Assembly: GCF_001194135.2 (NCBI RefSeq)
Contig: NC_068983.1
Location: 72,203,122-72,254,208, forward strand
Reading direction: 5' to 3'
DNA length: 51,087 bases
Origin: Octopus bimaculoides
Taxonomy: Eukaryota
Position numbers and translations under genes: made by a program. The notes under the pieces are model-generated. The model was not told the origin of the DNA and made no database searches. It saw only the letters and a list, made by a program, of their open reading frames with translations. Positions 1-11,815 of this stretch are shown one piece after another. Positions within the stretch are counted from its first letter, which is position 1; each line of letters starts with the position of its first letter.

Positions 1-1704
1 ATATATATGAAATAATATTATATGCCTTTCCCATCACCAACCATTTTACAGAGTGTACAAAGTACATGAAAATGCACCTAGTACACTCTGTAAAATTGTT
101 GGCTTTGATGATAGGAAGGGCATCCTGCTATAGAAATAAAACAAAACAACATATATGAACACCAGTCTGAGACCAAGAGCTCCCTATAAGAGATAATCGT
201 GATGGCCATCTAACATATGCCAGCATGGAAAGTGGGCATAAAATGAAGATAATGGTTTAATGTAATTCACAAATCTTTCTATAGCTCATATGAAGAAAAA
301 TAAAATCCTGCTTCTTTCTATATTCTTGACCATATGAAAAAGCATTAGATAACAATACCTCACCACCAAATAATAGACCAGTGAGCAAAGGAGAAAACCA
401 TTTTTAAATTGGATTTAACTTTAATCTTCTTAATCCAAACTATAAAATTTCCTCAAATGATTTTTCTTTTATAATGAAATTGTTGAAATGTAATGTCAAA
501 ACCTGAGACCCTAGGAGCATTTAAAGGTTAGCCATCAGCTTGAATTTCATGGTGTTAAGTAAATGAGGAATAATTTGCATCAAGATAGTATGCTTGTCTG
601 CTGCAAATAACATTCCCAGATGAACTGGTACATAAGCTTGACACCTAGATGAATTAAGAAAACAAGGGAAAAAGTATTCTTGTCTACAATGAATTTGAAG
701 TCACAGCCAAGGATACTATTACCATATGAGCTACATGAGATAATGTAATGTAGAATAAACAGTTCATTCTAGGGAACATAATGAAACACCTGAAGCAGAT
801 TTAAGCTCATATCCTATGAGTAAATAATTCAATATGATGTCCACTCAGTCATTTCACCCCTGCATTCTTAAATATTTCTTCCTTCTTTTTTCTCATTAAT
901 GAATAGCTGATAATTGAAGGGCCATTCAAGTGTTAGAAATATTTCCTTAAATTTCTCTGAATTTACATGACATCCGACAAGTCAATACAGAGAAAAAGTA
1001 AGTAAAGCCAAAAGATGAAACATGATGCATGTTGTTATTGCTTCAGCCCAGATCAACCCTGAGTAATTAGATTTATAATCAAAGGTATTCCATCCATGGC
1101 ATTTTGTAACATACAGTGGACTAAATTATCCAATATGTTTTCTTTTTTTTTTTTTTTCAAGCTGGCATGTCATGGTTTGAGGGAGATTTGGTTCCTATTT
1201 CTAACAGGTAGAACAATGAAAATAGAAGCTTCCTTATTGTCTTATCTTGAAAATGCTCTAAACGAGGTAAGATTAGGAAGTAGAAATCTTAGTATCATCT
1301 TGCAATAAACTTACTGCATGACAGCAGTATTTTGATAAGTATAGGCTGCAGTTAAATTTTAATTTCCTGCATTATTTACCACAGAGAAAGAGAAAATGGA
1401 AAAGAAAGTCTCCTGTCATATCTGAAATACAACCATATCTAATAAAGCCTGAATCTACATGCATGCTGCTATCTATATCATCTATGCATGTCTTCATTTT
1501 GAATGATCATTCATATCATCTGACTGGAAATTAATTGGATAGTAAATGCATGAAATTTTTCATCTCAGAAGATTCTTCCAAGAATTATTTCACAAAGGAT
1601 ATTGAGAATATATTCGATATTCATTCATTTATCAGCAGCAACAACAATAATCCATGAAACTTAAGCAAATATAAAAATAGATATTTTTTTTAATTTTTAC
1701 TTAC

Positions 1705-1818
1705 CAGTAAGTTTTGTATGAATAATTCTTGGACATACATCATCGTAAGTTGACATCAGGTAAATAGTTCCAACTTTGAAGGACAGAGCTAATGTGTAGG
1801 ATTTATTAATATTGATAT
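1705..1818 (-). CDS. TULP4: Next internal coding exon of TULP4, 114 nt, phase 1 to 1
   Basis: Translates (N)ININKSYTLALSFKVGTIYLMSTYDDVCPRIIHTKLT(G/D), matching recalled TULP4 LLTVSFTSGDISLMNNYDDLSPTVIRSGLKE. Acceptor ctttaatttcag|, donor |gtaagt. The phase is compatible with the 9771-9942 exon (A+AT = Asn). Confidence 0.9.
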
Positions 1819-3149
1819 CTGAAATTAAAGCAAGTTATTGTTTCCATTATTATTGCAGGGAAGACATTTTTTCTCTCTTTCTTTTATGCTTTAGAAGGAG
1901 GATATGACAGGTGAAAATATTTTTAACACATAATGCAATCGAAATTGCAAGTATAAAAATATTGATAGATATTTTTCTTTCTCATTATACATATCGGTAA
2001 AAAGAAATGTACAAATGACTTTTAAAGTAAAAATATACTTAGCTATCTATGTTACAAACCAATGATGGCACATCTACTCAATTGTTTGACCTAAATTTCC
2101 CTCAGACTACTTTCTGTAGTCTTGAAAGGATAAAAGAAATGATGAAAAATTCAATCCTAAAATAGATATACCAGAAAGATGAGACAGTCATGTGTCTGTT
2201 GAATAATAAAGGGTTTGCAGAGAAAAACTAAAACATTAAGATGTAGATTAACAAGAAGTATGACTAAAAATTTCAAGTCGATGATGGAGTGCAGAACAGA
2301 AAATTTATTTGTCAATAGAATTTGAACAGTTCAGGTAGGACAATGACCATACGTACGCATGTGCGCACGCACACACACACACACACACACTGCACACAAA
2401 ATATTTATTCAAACATATTCCAAATTCTAATAAAGTTTAACACAAGATATCAGAAATGTCACTTTTCTCTTCCTAATAAACTACCCAGCTTTAACAATGA
2501 TCTTGCAATAGTATGAAAGCAAAAATATAAGCAAAGACAACCAAAACTAAAGCGCATCGTACTCAGAATACACAGAAATAATTTAAGTATCCAACAAAAG
2601 TATCTATATCAAAAATGTATCTATAACAAAAATCTAAGTGTCTATAGCAAAAACGAAAACTGGAATTCTACACTGTAACTTTTAATTTCCTAAAAATTTA
2701 CCTCCATAAAAATTAAAAAGTTCATCATTACATACAATATTCACACTGCACTAATATGAGCTTGATTAGTTAGAAATAGCAGTCGAGTTTCACTAAACCC
2801 ACACTGCTACTGTCTTAAGAAATGAAAGAATTCAGTTGAGTACATAACGAAAGAATACCCAATAAAGTCCTAGGTATCTCTAAAAAGATTGGAAGTTCAT
2901 AGCGAAATGCCCTTAATCATAATTCTGCTCAATCAAAGAATCAAAGCTAGAAACCCAACATAGACTCCATCAAATCTCCAAATCAACTTCAGTAAATCAG
3001 AAAGTCTAATTTTGGTGAAGACCTCATAATCTTCCTAAAAGTTTTGCATCCACTACAAATGGCATTCAATCACAAATACAACACAGGGGCACTTGAAATA
3101 CATGGATTTAAAGGCGAAGAAAAGAAATAACAGCATGAAGTATATTTTC

Positions 3150-3740
3150 ATAAGCTTATACATATCACTACCAACCCCACCAGCAGTCCCATTAGACAAC
3201 ATACCCAAACTATAACTGACACTCACTGGAAGAGAACTTGTATTTCTCAATGACACAGCAGTGACCAACATAGGCAATGCAGTATATGCATTCAACAAAA
3301 TAATTGCAAAGATAGTACTTGGTCACTGATGAAATTCCAACATAAGAGTGAAAGTGTGGATGATCCCAATTTTCAGTCCATGAATGTAAATATAGACAAG
3401 GTGGTTACATCTGTCTATACATAAAATGTTGGCTAAATATCTATAGATATATTTTGTAACACAGTATAGCATTGTAAAAAGCACTAAGATCACATTCCAC
3501 AAAGTACCATAAAAATATGACACTACCCAAACAAAATAGCTAACCTGATTAAAAAAAAAAATACTAAACAATTTCAAGCATGTATGCCAACATCATATGC
3601 AAGAGAAATACTCTCGGTAACACAGCAAGAAAATAAACAAGAAACGAAATAAATTTTAAAAAAATGTATTTATATAAACTTAAAAGCACAAAGTAAGCAG
3701 TAAAACTTTATACACAGAAGGCAAAAATATGAGAAAAAAT
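3150..3740 (+). mobile_element. Very degenerate non-LTR retrotransposon fragment, possibly the N-terminal region of an R4/Dong-like LINE
   Basis: A-rich strand with stop-riddled peptides such as NIGNAVYAFNKIIAKIVLG and LKAQSKQ*NFIHRRQKYEK, loosely resembling R4-clade ORFs. Recognised by eye only. Confidence 0.25.
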
Positions 3741-4292
3741 ATGACAACAAAACTTCTACCATCTCCACAACATTCTCAGAACATATTCTTTATTCTCTTG
3801 CTGGTTCCAGTTATTAGACTGTGGTCATACAGAAACACCATTTCAAGGACTTTAGGCAATTATATTAACCTCAGTACTTTGTCTGGTATTGACACTGAAT
3901 TACTAATTCTGTTATTCTCTACAGCTGTAAACAAATGGAATAAACACATCCTTTCTCTCATCTATTCAATTTAACCTTGTCATTTTGTCCTTTCAACACC
4001 TTAATACAGACAGGGGTCATATAACCTGACTGTAGATTGCATTTCATCATTAGCAGAGACAGAGTCTCCTTTGGTGAAGCAGAAATTGCATGTATCCAAT
4101 GAATCAGTTTGTTGAAGCTTGCATCCACTGCATACCAGCCTCCTACAATTCAAGGCTGGGATTTTTTATCATTGAAGTTTACTCCTCTAGTATGTTTAGA
4201 ATGTATCCAGGACATCAAGGCAGTGATGATGGTGATGGATTGAGAAGTGTAGCAGGTAGACTTTGCTGCTGTAGTCCAGGTTGGAACCTGGC

Positions 4293-4350
4293 CATAATAA
4301 TAATAATAATAATAATTATTATAATAATGATAATGATAATAATAATAATG

Positions 4351-4384
<34 letters not shown>

Positions 4385-5015
4385 TATTATNNNNNNNNNN
4401 NNNNNNNNNNNNNNNNNNNNNNNNNNNNNNNNNNNNNNNNNNNNNNNNNNNNNNNNNNNNNNNNNNNNNNNNNNNNNNNNNNNNNNNNNNNNNNNNNNNN
4501 NNNNNNNNNNNNNNNNNNNNNNNNNNNNNNNNNNNNNNNNNNNNNNNNNNNNNNNNNNNNNNNNNNNNNNNNNNNNNNNNNNNNNNNNNNNNNNNNNNNN
4601 NNNNNNNNNNNNNNNNNNNNNNNNNNNNNNNNNNNNNNNNNNNNNNNNNNNNNNNNNNNNNNNNNNNNNNNNNNNNNNNNNNNNNNNNNNNNNNNNNNNN
4701 NNNNNNNNNNNNNNNNNNNNNNNNNNNNNNNNNNNNNNNNNNNNNNNNNNNNNNNNNNNNNNNNNNNNNNNNNNNNNNNNNNNNNNNNNNNNNNNNNNNN
4801 NNNNNNNNNNNNNNNNNNNNNNNNNNNNNNNNNNNNNNNNNNNNNNNNNNNNNNNNNNNNNNNNNNNNNNNNNNNNNNNNNNNNNNNNNNNNNNNNNNNN
4901 NNNNNNNNNNNNNNNNNNNNNNNNNNNNNNNNNNNNNNNNNNNNNNNNNNNNNNNNNCATAATAATAATAATAATAATAATTATTATAATAATGATAATG
5001 ATAATAATAATAATG

Positions 5016-5049
<34 letters not shown>

Positions 5050-5055
5050 TATTAT
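4293..5055. repeat. (AAT/ATG)n microsatellite present as two identical 98-nt copies flanking a 567-N gap (4391-4957)
   Basis: 4293-4390 and 4958-5055 read identically, including the interruptions (tatt, atg, gatattat). Confidence 0.9.
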
Positions 5056-5059
5056 ATTT

Positions 5060-5093
<34 letters not shown>

Positions 5094-5199
5094 AACGGGC
5101 TTCAACACAATTTCATCATCATCGTTCATTTGACGTCTCTTATTCCATGCTTGCATGGATCAGATGGAATTTGTTTCCACCTAACAAATTTTATTCACA

Positions 5200-5800
5200 A
5201 AGCTGAATCAACTTGAGGCCACAGTAAAAGCCACCCAAGATACCACATAGAGAAATCAAACACAGAATTTTGTAACTGTGAAAAAAGCTTCTCAGCCACA
5301 TGGCTTTAACTGCACCAATGAAACAAAGAAAGCAAAATTGCACAGAAATACACCGAAAGTACTCACAGAACACCACATTTGAAAAATCCAAATAAACAAT
5401 ACTAGTGCAAAGAAAATATATTACATTCATCATGGACCACTGCTTATACACCTTACTCTTAATCTTACCACAACCTTCAGAGAATACACAGCACATTTTG
5501 AGTCACATAGGCTGTTCTTAGTCCACACCTACATATTAGTCAAAACCAAATCCATTTGGACCTGCAAAAGACACACAACTTGCACAGCAATCTGCAAAAT
5601 GTAGCGCCTGCAAGTGCTTTAAGTGTCTTTTATATGTGTGCTCCCAATGTTGTAGTGCCAGGTTGTCTTTTGATAATATACCAAGTATAGTCATAACAGA
5701 TTGTACTATAACTCTCAGAAATGCACAAAAGCAGGTGAAATTTCTCAGAAAAGGCATTTGACTATGTCTGATAATAGATTTGTAAATGGTAGTCATCACA
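5200..5800 (+). mobile_element. Degenerate LINE ORF2 fragment (linker to reverse-transcriptase start)
   Basis: Frameshifted peptides include SQPHGFN (PWFN-like linker), DCTITLRNAQ and EKAFDYV (about 5745-5768; RT motif DLxKAFDxV). Many stops. Confidence 0.4.
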
Positions 5801-6954
5801 GATGTTTTAACAACAAGACTTATGAATTTCCATTAAAAACATAATATTCCATAAATAGGTTCAATAGAATTAGATTGGATGATCTAAAGGAAACACTTAC
5901 ACAAAAAGTTTATTAAATCAATTAAAAGTTTTCTATTTTCAGACTAAAATAGTTACTCATTAAGATGGCCCTAAATATGGATATTGTATAGATTATTGTA
6001 TGATAAAGTGATAGGATAATAAACTGAATAATTTTGAAAAAGTCTGATACTCATACAGAATAATCATATAATGAAGAAATTTATTACAATCCAAATCAAC
6101 TGTCCACTGGGAAAGGTAATAGAGCTATAGAGGAAAATCACCACTATCACCATCATCATGCATTCATCTTCCATTCTGATATGTCTGCTTAGGCATGGCT
6201 GCTATAACTGGATGCTCTTCCCAATGCCAACCATTCTACAGGGTATACTGGGCACATTTTTCTATGTGGTACAAACTATGGATCACAAAATACAATTGAA
6301 TCTTTCTTTGATATCAACCAGTTAGAAAGGGAGATTAACACCAACACTAGACTTGCAAGAAATAGTAGTGAAATCTCCTATAAACATCAATCCTACCACT
6401 ACAAAAATAGAAAAAGACACATTGGATAATGTAGTCTTATATATCCTTAAAAAGACAAGATGGTCATGGTTGGAATGCTTTTAATCAGAGGTTTGCATAA
6501 TCAAGCATAACTTGGGGTTAAACAACACTGACAAAAATCAACAACAATAATCTGTCAGCTATAATGTGAGTGAATGTACGTGAATAGTTATTTAAATTAT
6601 ATAGAAAATATATAAAATGCTAGAGAGACAGAGAATTATGAACAAGCCATGGCAGTAAAGCCACAAAATAGGTTTCACTATTTCTACTCATAACTGTATA
6701 AGTGCATACAAATGAACTTTAAGACTTTAGAGTAGTAAACTATCAACTAGTTAAAATTATGACTATTTATCTATTGTATTATACAATGTAGACACAAACT
6801 CAAGTATTTGATAAAAGCTATCACCTTTAACACACATTTAATCTTAAGCAATCAAATTGACTTCCTCTGTTAGGATAAAGTAAAACTATATTGTAAATAA
6901 CCAACCAGATATCTCAGAACTACCAATCAATAACGTTGGCAAAATTTTTTTTTT

Positions 6955-7111
6955 TGTGTGTGTGTGTGTGTGTGTGTGCATATTGGTTCTTTGCAGCATG
7001 TGTGCATATGCATGTGAGTGTGTGTGTGCATGTATGTGTATAATCACACAGACACACACGTATGTGTATATCAGCATATACATATATGTGTGAAAATTTG
7101 AATGAATATAT

Positions 7112-7172
<61 letters not shown>
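6955..7172. repeat. Compound (TG)n ... (CA)n(TA)n microsatellite block
   Basis: Directly visible alternating purine-pyrimidine tracts. Confidence 0.9.
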
Positions 7173-7180
<8 letters not shown>

Positions 7181-7509
7181 CCTTTGTTTCCTTTGTGCAT
7201 GACTTCTGCCCTTACAGCCTAACTACTTCTATGCATTTATCACATTTGAAGTCCTAGTTCTCTGTCAACCTGCCAGAAGTCACTGGTGCACCTTTTGTTT
7301 ACTGAATATTTACACCGAGTACAAAACATGACCTTCCTACTTACTCTTCCTCCTCCTCTAACATATCAAACAAGACCATTTCCTAGGTAGCATTGACTTA
7401 ATGATGAGGAGGACGAGGAAGAAATGGATGGTGTGTGTTTGTATTTACTTAACATACTTTATGAGATACTTAATGCTTGATAAGATCCTACTTTCAACAA
7501 GTATTTTAT

Positions 7510-7720
7510 TAAGTGTGGTGGATGCTAGAATTGGTAGAGCATTAAACGGAATACCTTGTTGTATTTGATATTATGTATATATTTTCTGAGACCAATTTCC
7601 TTCCAGTCTTATTTTGCCTTTTATCTTTTTTGACAGAGGTAAAATAAGTACCTATTCAGACCTATTATACCTATTATACCCTTGAAGATAGTCTTCCAGT
7701 GGTGTTCCTAGAGCAAGACT
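7510..7720 (+). mobile_element. Decayed tRNA-derived SINE (family B of this window)
   Basis: ttggtagagcattaaac A-box-like head, followed by the same body as the 31960-32158 and 33265-33450 copies. Confidence 0.5.
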
Positions 7721-7789
7721 TTATTCTATGAGATTCTATAGAATTTCATAGAATAACTGAAAATAGTTACCACTGCTGTAGAAAAGGCA

Positions 7790-7826
<37 letters not shown>

Positions 7827-9770
7827 GCATGCAATATGAAATATTCTGAAGAATCTTTCTCTTTATGCTGATGTAATGATAGGAAATAGCAACTTAACTA
7901 CACATATGCATGCACACACACACACAAATCCACACACCTGTACAAATCAATAAGAAAGTCTCTATGCAAATTGTTTTGTCTTGTTAGAAATAGTAGAAAA
8001 TCTCCCCCAAATCACATTTAGAAAGGCAAACACTTTCAATGCTACCAATGATATGAATAACAGCATTTAAATCACTGATACCAACTACAGACACTGATAA
8101 TAATAGGGAAATAACTCAGATTTGCCAGTGAGGAACCACTATGAAGCTGTTTGACCTGCTACAAATAGCAGTCAAATATTTCTCAAATCAAAATCTTCTA
8201 TCTTAAAAGAGAACAACATGTTGACCAATGAATCATAAATATACAAATAAGAAAAATCTAACAAATCTTGAATGATCATGGCTAAATAATAGTAATATGC
8301 ATGTATGCACAGACACACACAGACACACACAGAGGGAGATAAAGAGACACAAAGAGAAAGACAACATAAAAGTCAGATACTGAAAGAATTTATCAAAATA
8401 TAGATGAAACATCATTATGCAAACACAAGGAAAAATAACAGCAAAAGGAACAGCAAAAATGTAACGTAAATGTAGGTTAAGAATACAAAGCATTACTTTT
8501 AGAAAAGCCATTTAGAATAAGTGTATAGATACCATCTGTAATGGTACCATATATGTGCTTTTTCAATGACTGGTTCGATTTATTTTCTAATATCTTACAT
8601 TCAAGAATTGAAATTACGATTCAATGAAAAGAAAAATATATACCGGAGTATTGGTAAAATAGATGCTAGCTCTTTTTATTACTATCACCATCAGGCAAGA
8701 TGGCTGTTCAGAATTAGCATAGCATCATTCATGTCTTTTTGTATTATAAGTTCAAATTCCTCTCAGGTCAACATTATTCTTTCCTTCAAAAGCAGTAAAG
8801 CATCAATCAAGTACTGGTATTATTCAATTATCTCTGCCACTACTACCTCGCAAAAGAAGGATTCAAGCCTAAATTGAAATTCATTATTACTGGAATATAC
8901 AGCTAAGAAATTTGTTTTGCAGCAATGTGGTTTTGGCTTCTGTTACACTGTGTGGCACATTGGGGCAACTGTCTTTCCAAGCTGGCCAAACATTTATGAA
9001 TGGATTTCACAGTGGGAACATATATCTGTGTGTGTGTTTACTTGTTGAGTCATGAGGAAGGGACAGAGCTTATGAGCATTGCAGGCCATCTGATACTGGT
9101 AAGATAAGACCAACACCATTAAGGCTCAGCATACACAAAAAGATAAAAAGAAAAAGAAAAGACAGAAAGAAGATAGCTCACTTAAATGCTAGATGCTGGA
9201 GTGTGCTGTGTTCATGTCTAATTGTCTTGATATAATAAGCAAATTGTAAACAAATGTCACCATTATAGAAAAGTGATATCATTCATTTTCACTCTTACAT
9301 AAAATCATATCTTGCTATTGTGTTGTTCATGTTTGAAGGTAGATATCATTGTGCTTGGAAATTGGTGAAGATTGGCAACAGAAAGAGTATTTGGCCATAG
9401 AAATTCTGCCTCAGTAAATCTTGTCTGGCTCACGCAATCATGAAAATGTGGTTCTTCACATTTGGAGTGTGGCTCACATATTTGGAATGGCTAGACCATG
9501 TCCAGAAAATAGCAAATACCAACTTACAAACCACTAGCTCCCTATTCCTTCATACATAACAGCAATGGTTCCAGTCCATCTGTACTAAAATATCTAGTGA
9601 AGGTTAATACTCTGAGCCTGTAATCTTATTAAAAATTAACTCATTCCAGGTAACAACAGTGAGGAGGAGAGAGAGAGAGTAACAGCAACAACTAGAATTA
9701 TTATACTTTATGTAATAAACAAAAGGAAATCAATATGGGAGATGAGTAATTAGTTGGTTGCCAAACTTAC

Positions 9771-9942
9771 TAGGATGGATATATTTTTCAGTTTTGTTAG
9801 CTTCTGCCTCATCCATGTTGAACTTTTCACAGGACCACGACATAGCTCCAATCTCAGCCCCTTCAAGAACCATCACCTGAGTTAACATTGCTCCAGTAGA
9901 ACTCATTACAATTATTTGTCCATCAGATGTCCCAAACATCAC
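9771..9942 (-). CDS. TULP4: Internal coding exon of Tubby-like protein 4 (WD40 region), 172 nt, phase 0 to 1
   Basis: Translates VMFGTSDGQIIVMSSTGAMLTQVMVLEGAEIGAMSWSCEKFNMDEAEANKTEKYIHP. This matches human TULP4 as I recall it (VLFGTADGQVIVMDCHGRMLAHVLLHESDGVLGMSW) much better than WDR35. Acceptor tatttcag| (AG 9944-9943), donor |gtaagt (GT 9770-9769). Confidence 0.92.
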
Positions 9943-10492
9943 CTGAAATAGAGTTTGTAGTAGAGAAATTATAACATATACATACATAAATATACAATGA
10001 AAAACAACCCACTTTTTGTAATCATTTTCATCTACAGCTTTGCAAGATTGTAGTACAAGTAACAAACTACATTATCCAACGTTTCAAAAGTGCACACTAC
10101 TTTCTTTTTAATTTGATATACTTGCTACTTTCAAATTTAATGTTCAAAAGTAAGAATCCTATTGACTGTCACATGTTAAATTATCAACTCAGTAAATCTA
10201 TAGTGAACTACAAACAACCCTTATATATGTGTGTGTGTGTGTGTGTGTGCGTGCATGTGGCATAAAAAAATGCAAAAAAAAAGTTTAAAAAAACACAGAA
10301 TTTATCAGGTTGACATTCAGGAAATGGGAAAAAAATAGAAAATGTCTTCTACATTTCAAGTATTCACTCTTCTGAATGACAGAATAGATAAGGAGAAAAA
10401 AGAATGGAGAAAGAAAAATGGAGAAATAGAAACACGTGTATTTAACCATCATGGCACCCCCACCCACAAACACATCTATGTGTGTGTGTGTA

Positions 10493-10620
10493 AAGGAGCT
10501 GGTATGATTGTGTGGTTAAGAAGGTTGCTCTTCTTAACCACACAGTCCCACTGCATGGCAATTTGAGCAAGTGTCCTCTACTATAGCCCCAGATCAACTA
10601 ATACTTGAGAGGATTTGAAA
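10493..10620 (+). mobile_element. tRNA-derived SINE (family A), internally deleted
   Basis: ggagctggtatgattgtgtggttaagaag...cccactgcatggcaatttgagcaagtgtcctctactatagccc, homologous to the 39132-39290 copy. Confidence 0.7.
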
Positions 10621-10624
10621 AAAT

Positions 10625-10830
10625 GGAAAATGAGAAACGAGTATCATCATCATCATCTTTGTTTCATGCTGGCATGGTTTGGACAGTTCCATAGGATCCA
10701 ATGGGCCCAAGGACTGCATTGTACTCCACTGTCTACTTAGGCATGTTTTGTATGGCTGGATACCCTCCCTAACATGAACCACTTTACAGCATGTACTGTG
10801 TACTTTCTGTAAAGCCACCAACACTAGTGA
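10625..10830 (-). mobile_element. RTE-type LINE 3' tail
   Basis: The reverse complement has gttagggagggtatccagcc...catgccagcatgaaac ending in (gat)n, the same tail as 44148-44627. Confidence 0.6.
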
Positions 10831-11179
10831 GTGTCACAATGCAGCTTGCAAAATTACAAACCTTGAGACAAGTAGCTACCAGCATAAAATTATCTCTCTT
10901 GGAGGATGCATATTAATTTTGTGTGTGCATGTGTGTGTATATATCTGTGTATATATGTTATGCTGCCTTGTCATGATATTGCATAATAGTTATAAATGTG
11001 GGTTACTGTCACAGCCCTTTTCATATCCAATCTTCTATGAAAACATGTCAAGCTATAGGGAAATATTAACTTGTTTGAAAACAGATAAGGGTTGTGAAAC
11101 CATTAAGTTAGAGGGATGTAAGATGCATCAGAGACAAGCACATGCACAAAGACACACACACACACACACACACACACGT

Positions 11180-11315
11180 GAGAGGCTGCCACAATGCATT
11201 GGTCAGCCTGGGGGCTATAATAGTAGAAGACAGTTGTCTAAAAAGTGTCACATAATGGGACTGAACCCCAAACCACATTATTGCACAGTGAACTTCTTAA
11301 CCACACAGCCATGCC
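11180..11315 (-). mobile_element. tRNA-derived SINE (family A)
   Basis: The reverse complement ggcatggctgtgtggttaagaag...gggttcagtccc... has A/B boxes and the shared body. Confidence 0.7.
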
Positions 11316-11470
11316 TCTAAATTATTAAATAAATAGAATAAAAAATAAAGCTTACATCTCATGCTTGCATGAGAAATTGAGTGTAAAACAAAAACAAAAT
11401 GAAAATTTTATGTTTATGAATTTGTTTTGCAAGATTCCTGATGTGAAATCATGTGTTGAAACACTTGTTA

Positions 11471-11815
11471 TATTTTGGGATGGCCATTTTTTTTCTTGCC
11501 AGATAAACGCACACTATATAATCGTTCTTCACTTGTTTATTACTGTTCTTATTTTATCTTATGCCTACTGTCTGGAAATCTTTTGTTACACATCTGGTGA
11601 CCTCTTCAGGGACTCTTCCACCCCACGTTCTCCTCTTGCTCTGTTTAGTCAATGGAAGAGTTGCTGAAGAGATCACAGGTGTGTGATGAATGATTTCTAG
11701 ACAAAGGACATAAGATAAAATATGAACAATAATAAATGAGTGAATAACAAATATATAGTGCATATGTTTATCTGGCAGGTGAAATTTTTTTTTTTTAAAT
11801 GACTATCCAGAAATG
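11471..11815. mobile_element. Foldback MITE: about 150-165-nt inverted arms around a 32-nt spacer
   Basis: The left arm 11471-11620 (tattttgggatggcc...gactcttcca) pairs with the right arm 11653-11815 (tggaagagttg...gactatccagaaatg). Outer TA/TG is compatible with a mutated TA TSD (Tc1/mariner-type, inference). Confidence 0.85.

Larger units (their letters stand above)
1819..9770 (-). other. TULP4: TULP4 intron (about 7.95 kb, GT-AG, phase 1)
   Basis: Bounded by the two exons above, whose in-frame join gives contiguous TULP4 homology. An intervening micro-exon cannot be excluded, and the true length is probably about 665 nt shorter if the 4391-4957 gap is false. Confidence 0.75.

Noticed and set aside
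520-644. Strong minus-strand acceptor (ttcccttgttttcttaattcatctag|) with fragments resembling the next TULP4 exon (GVKL.., GMLFAA, PHLLNTMKF)
   Set aside because: The required phase-1 frame stops after about 21 codons, the resemblance needs frameshifts, and no good donor is present. The region also looks repeat-derived. The real exon is probably outside the window.
4090-5216. Long ORFs of 258-311 aa (also 16487-16986 and 42040-43121)
   Set aside because: They are open only because they run through N gaps and microsatellites.
5560-5660. Cys-rich peptide KCSACKCFKCLLYVCSQCC suggesting a CXC/zinc-finger gene
   Set aside because: No start codon or splice context, and it sits in a segment with the RT motif EKAFDYV, so a decayed LINE explains it better.
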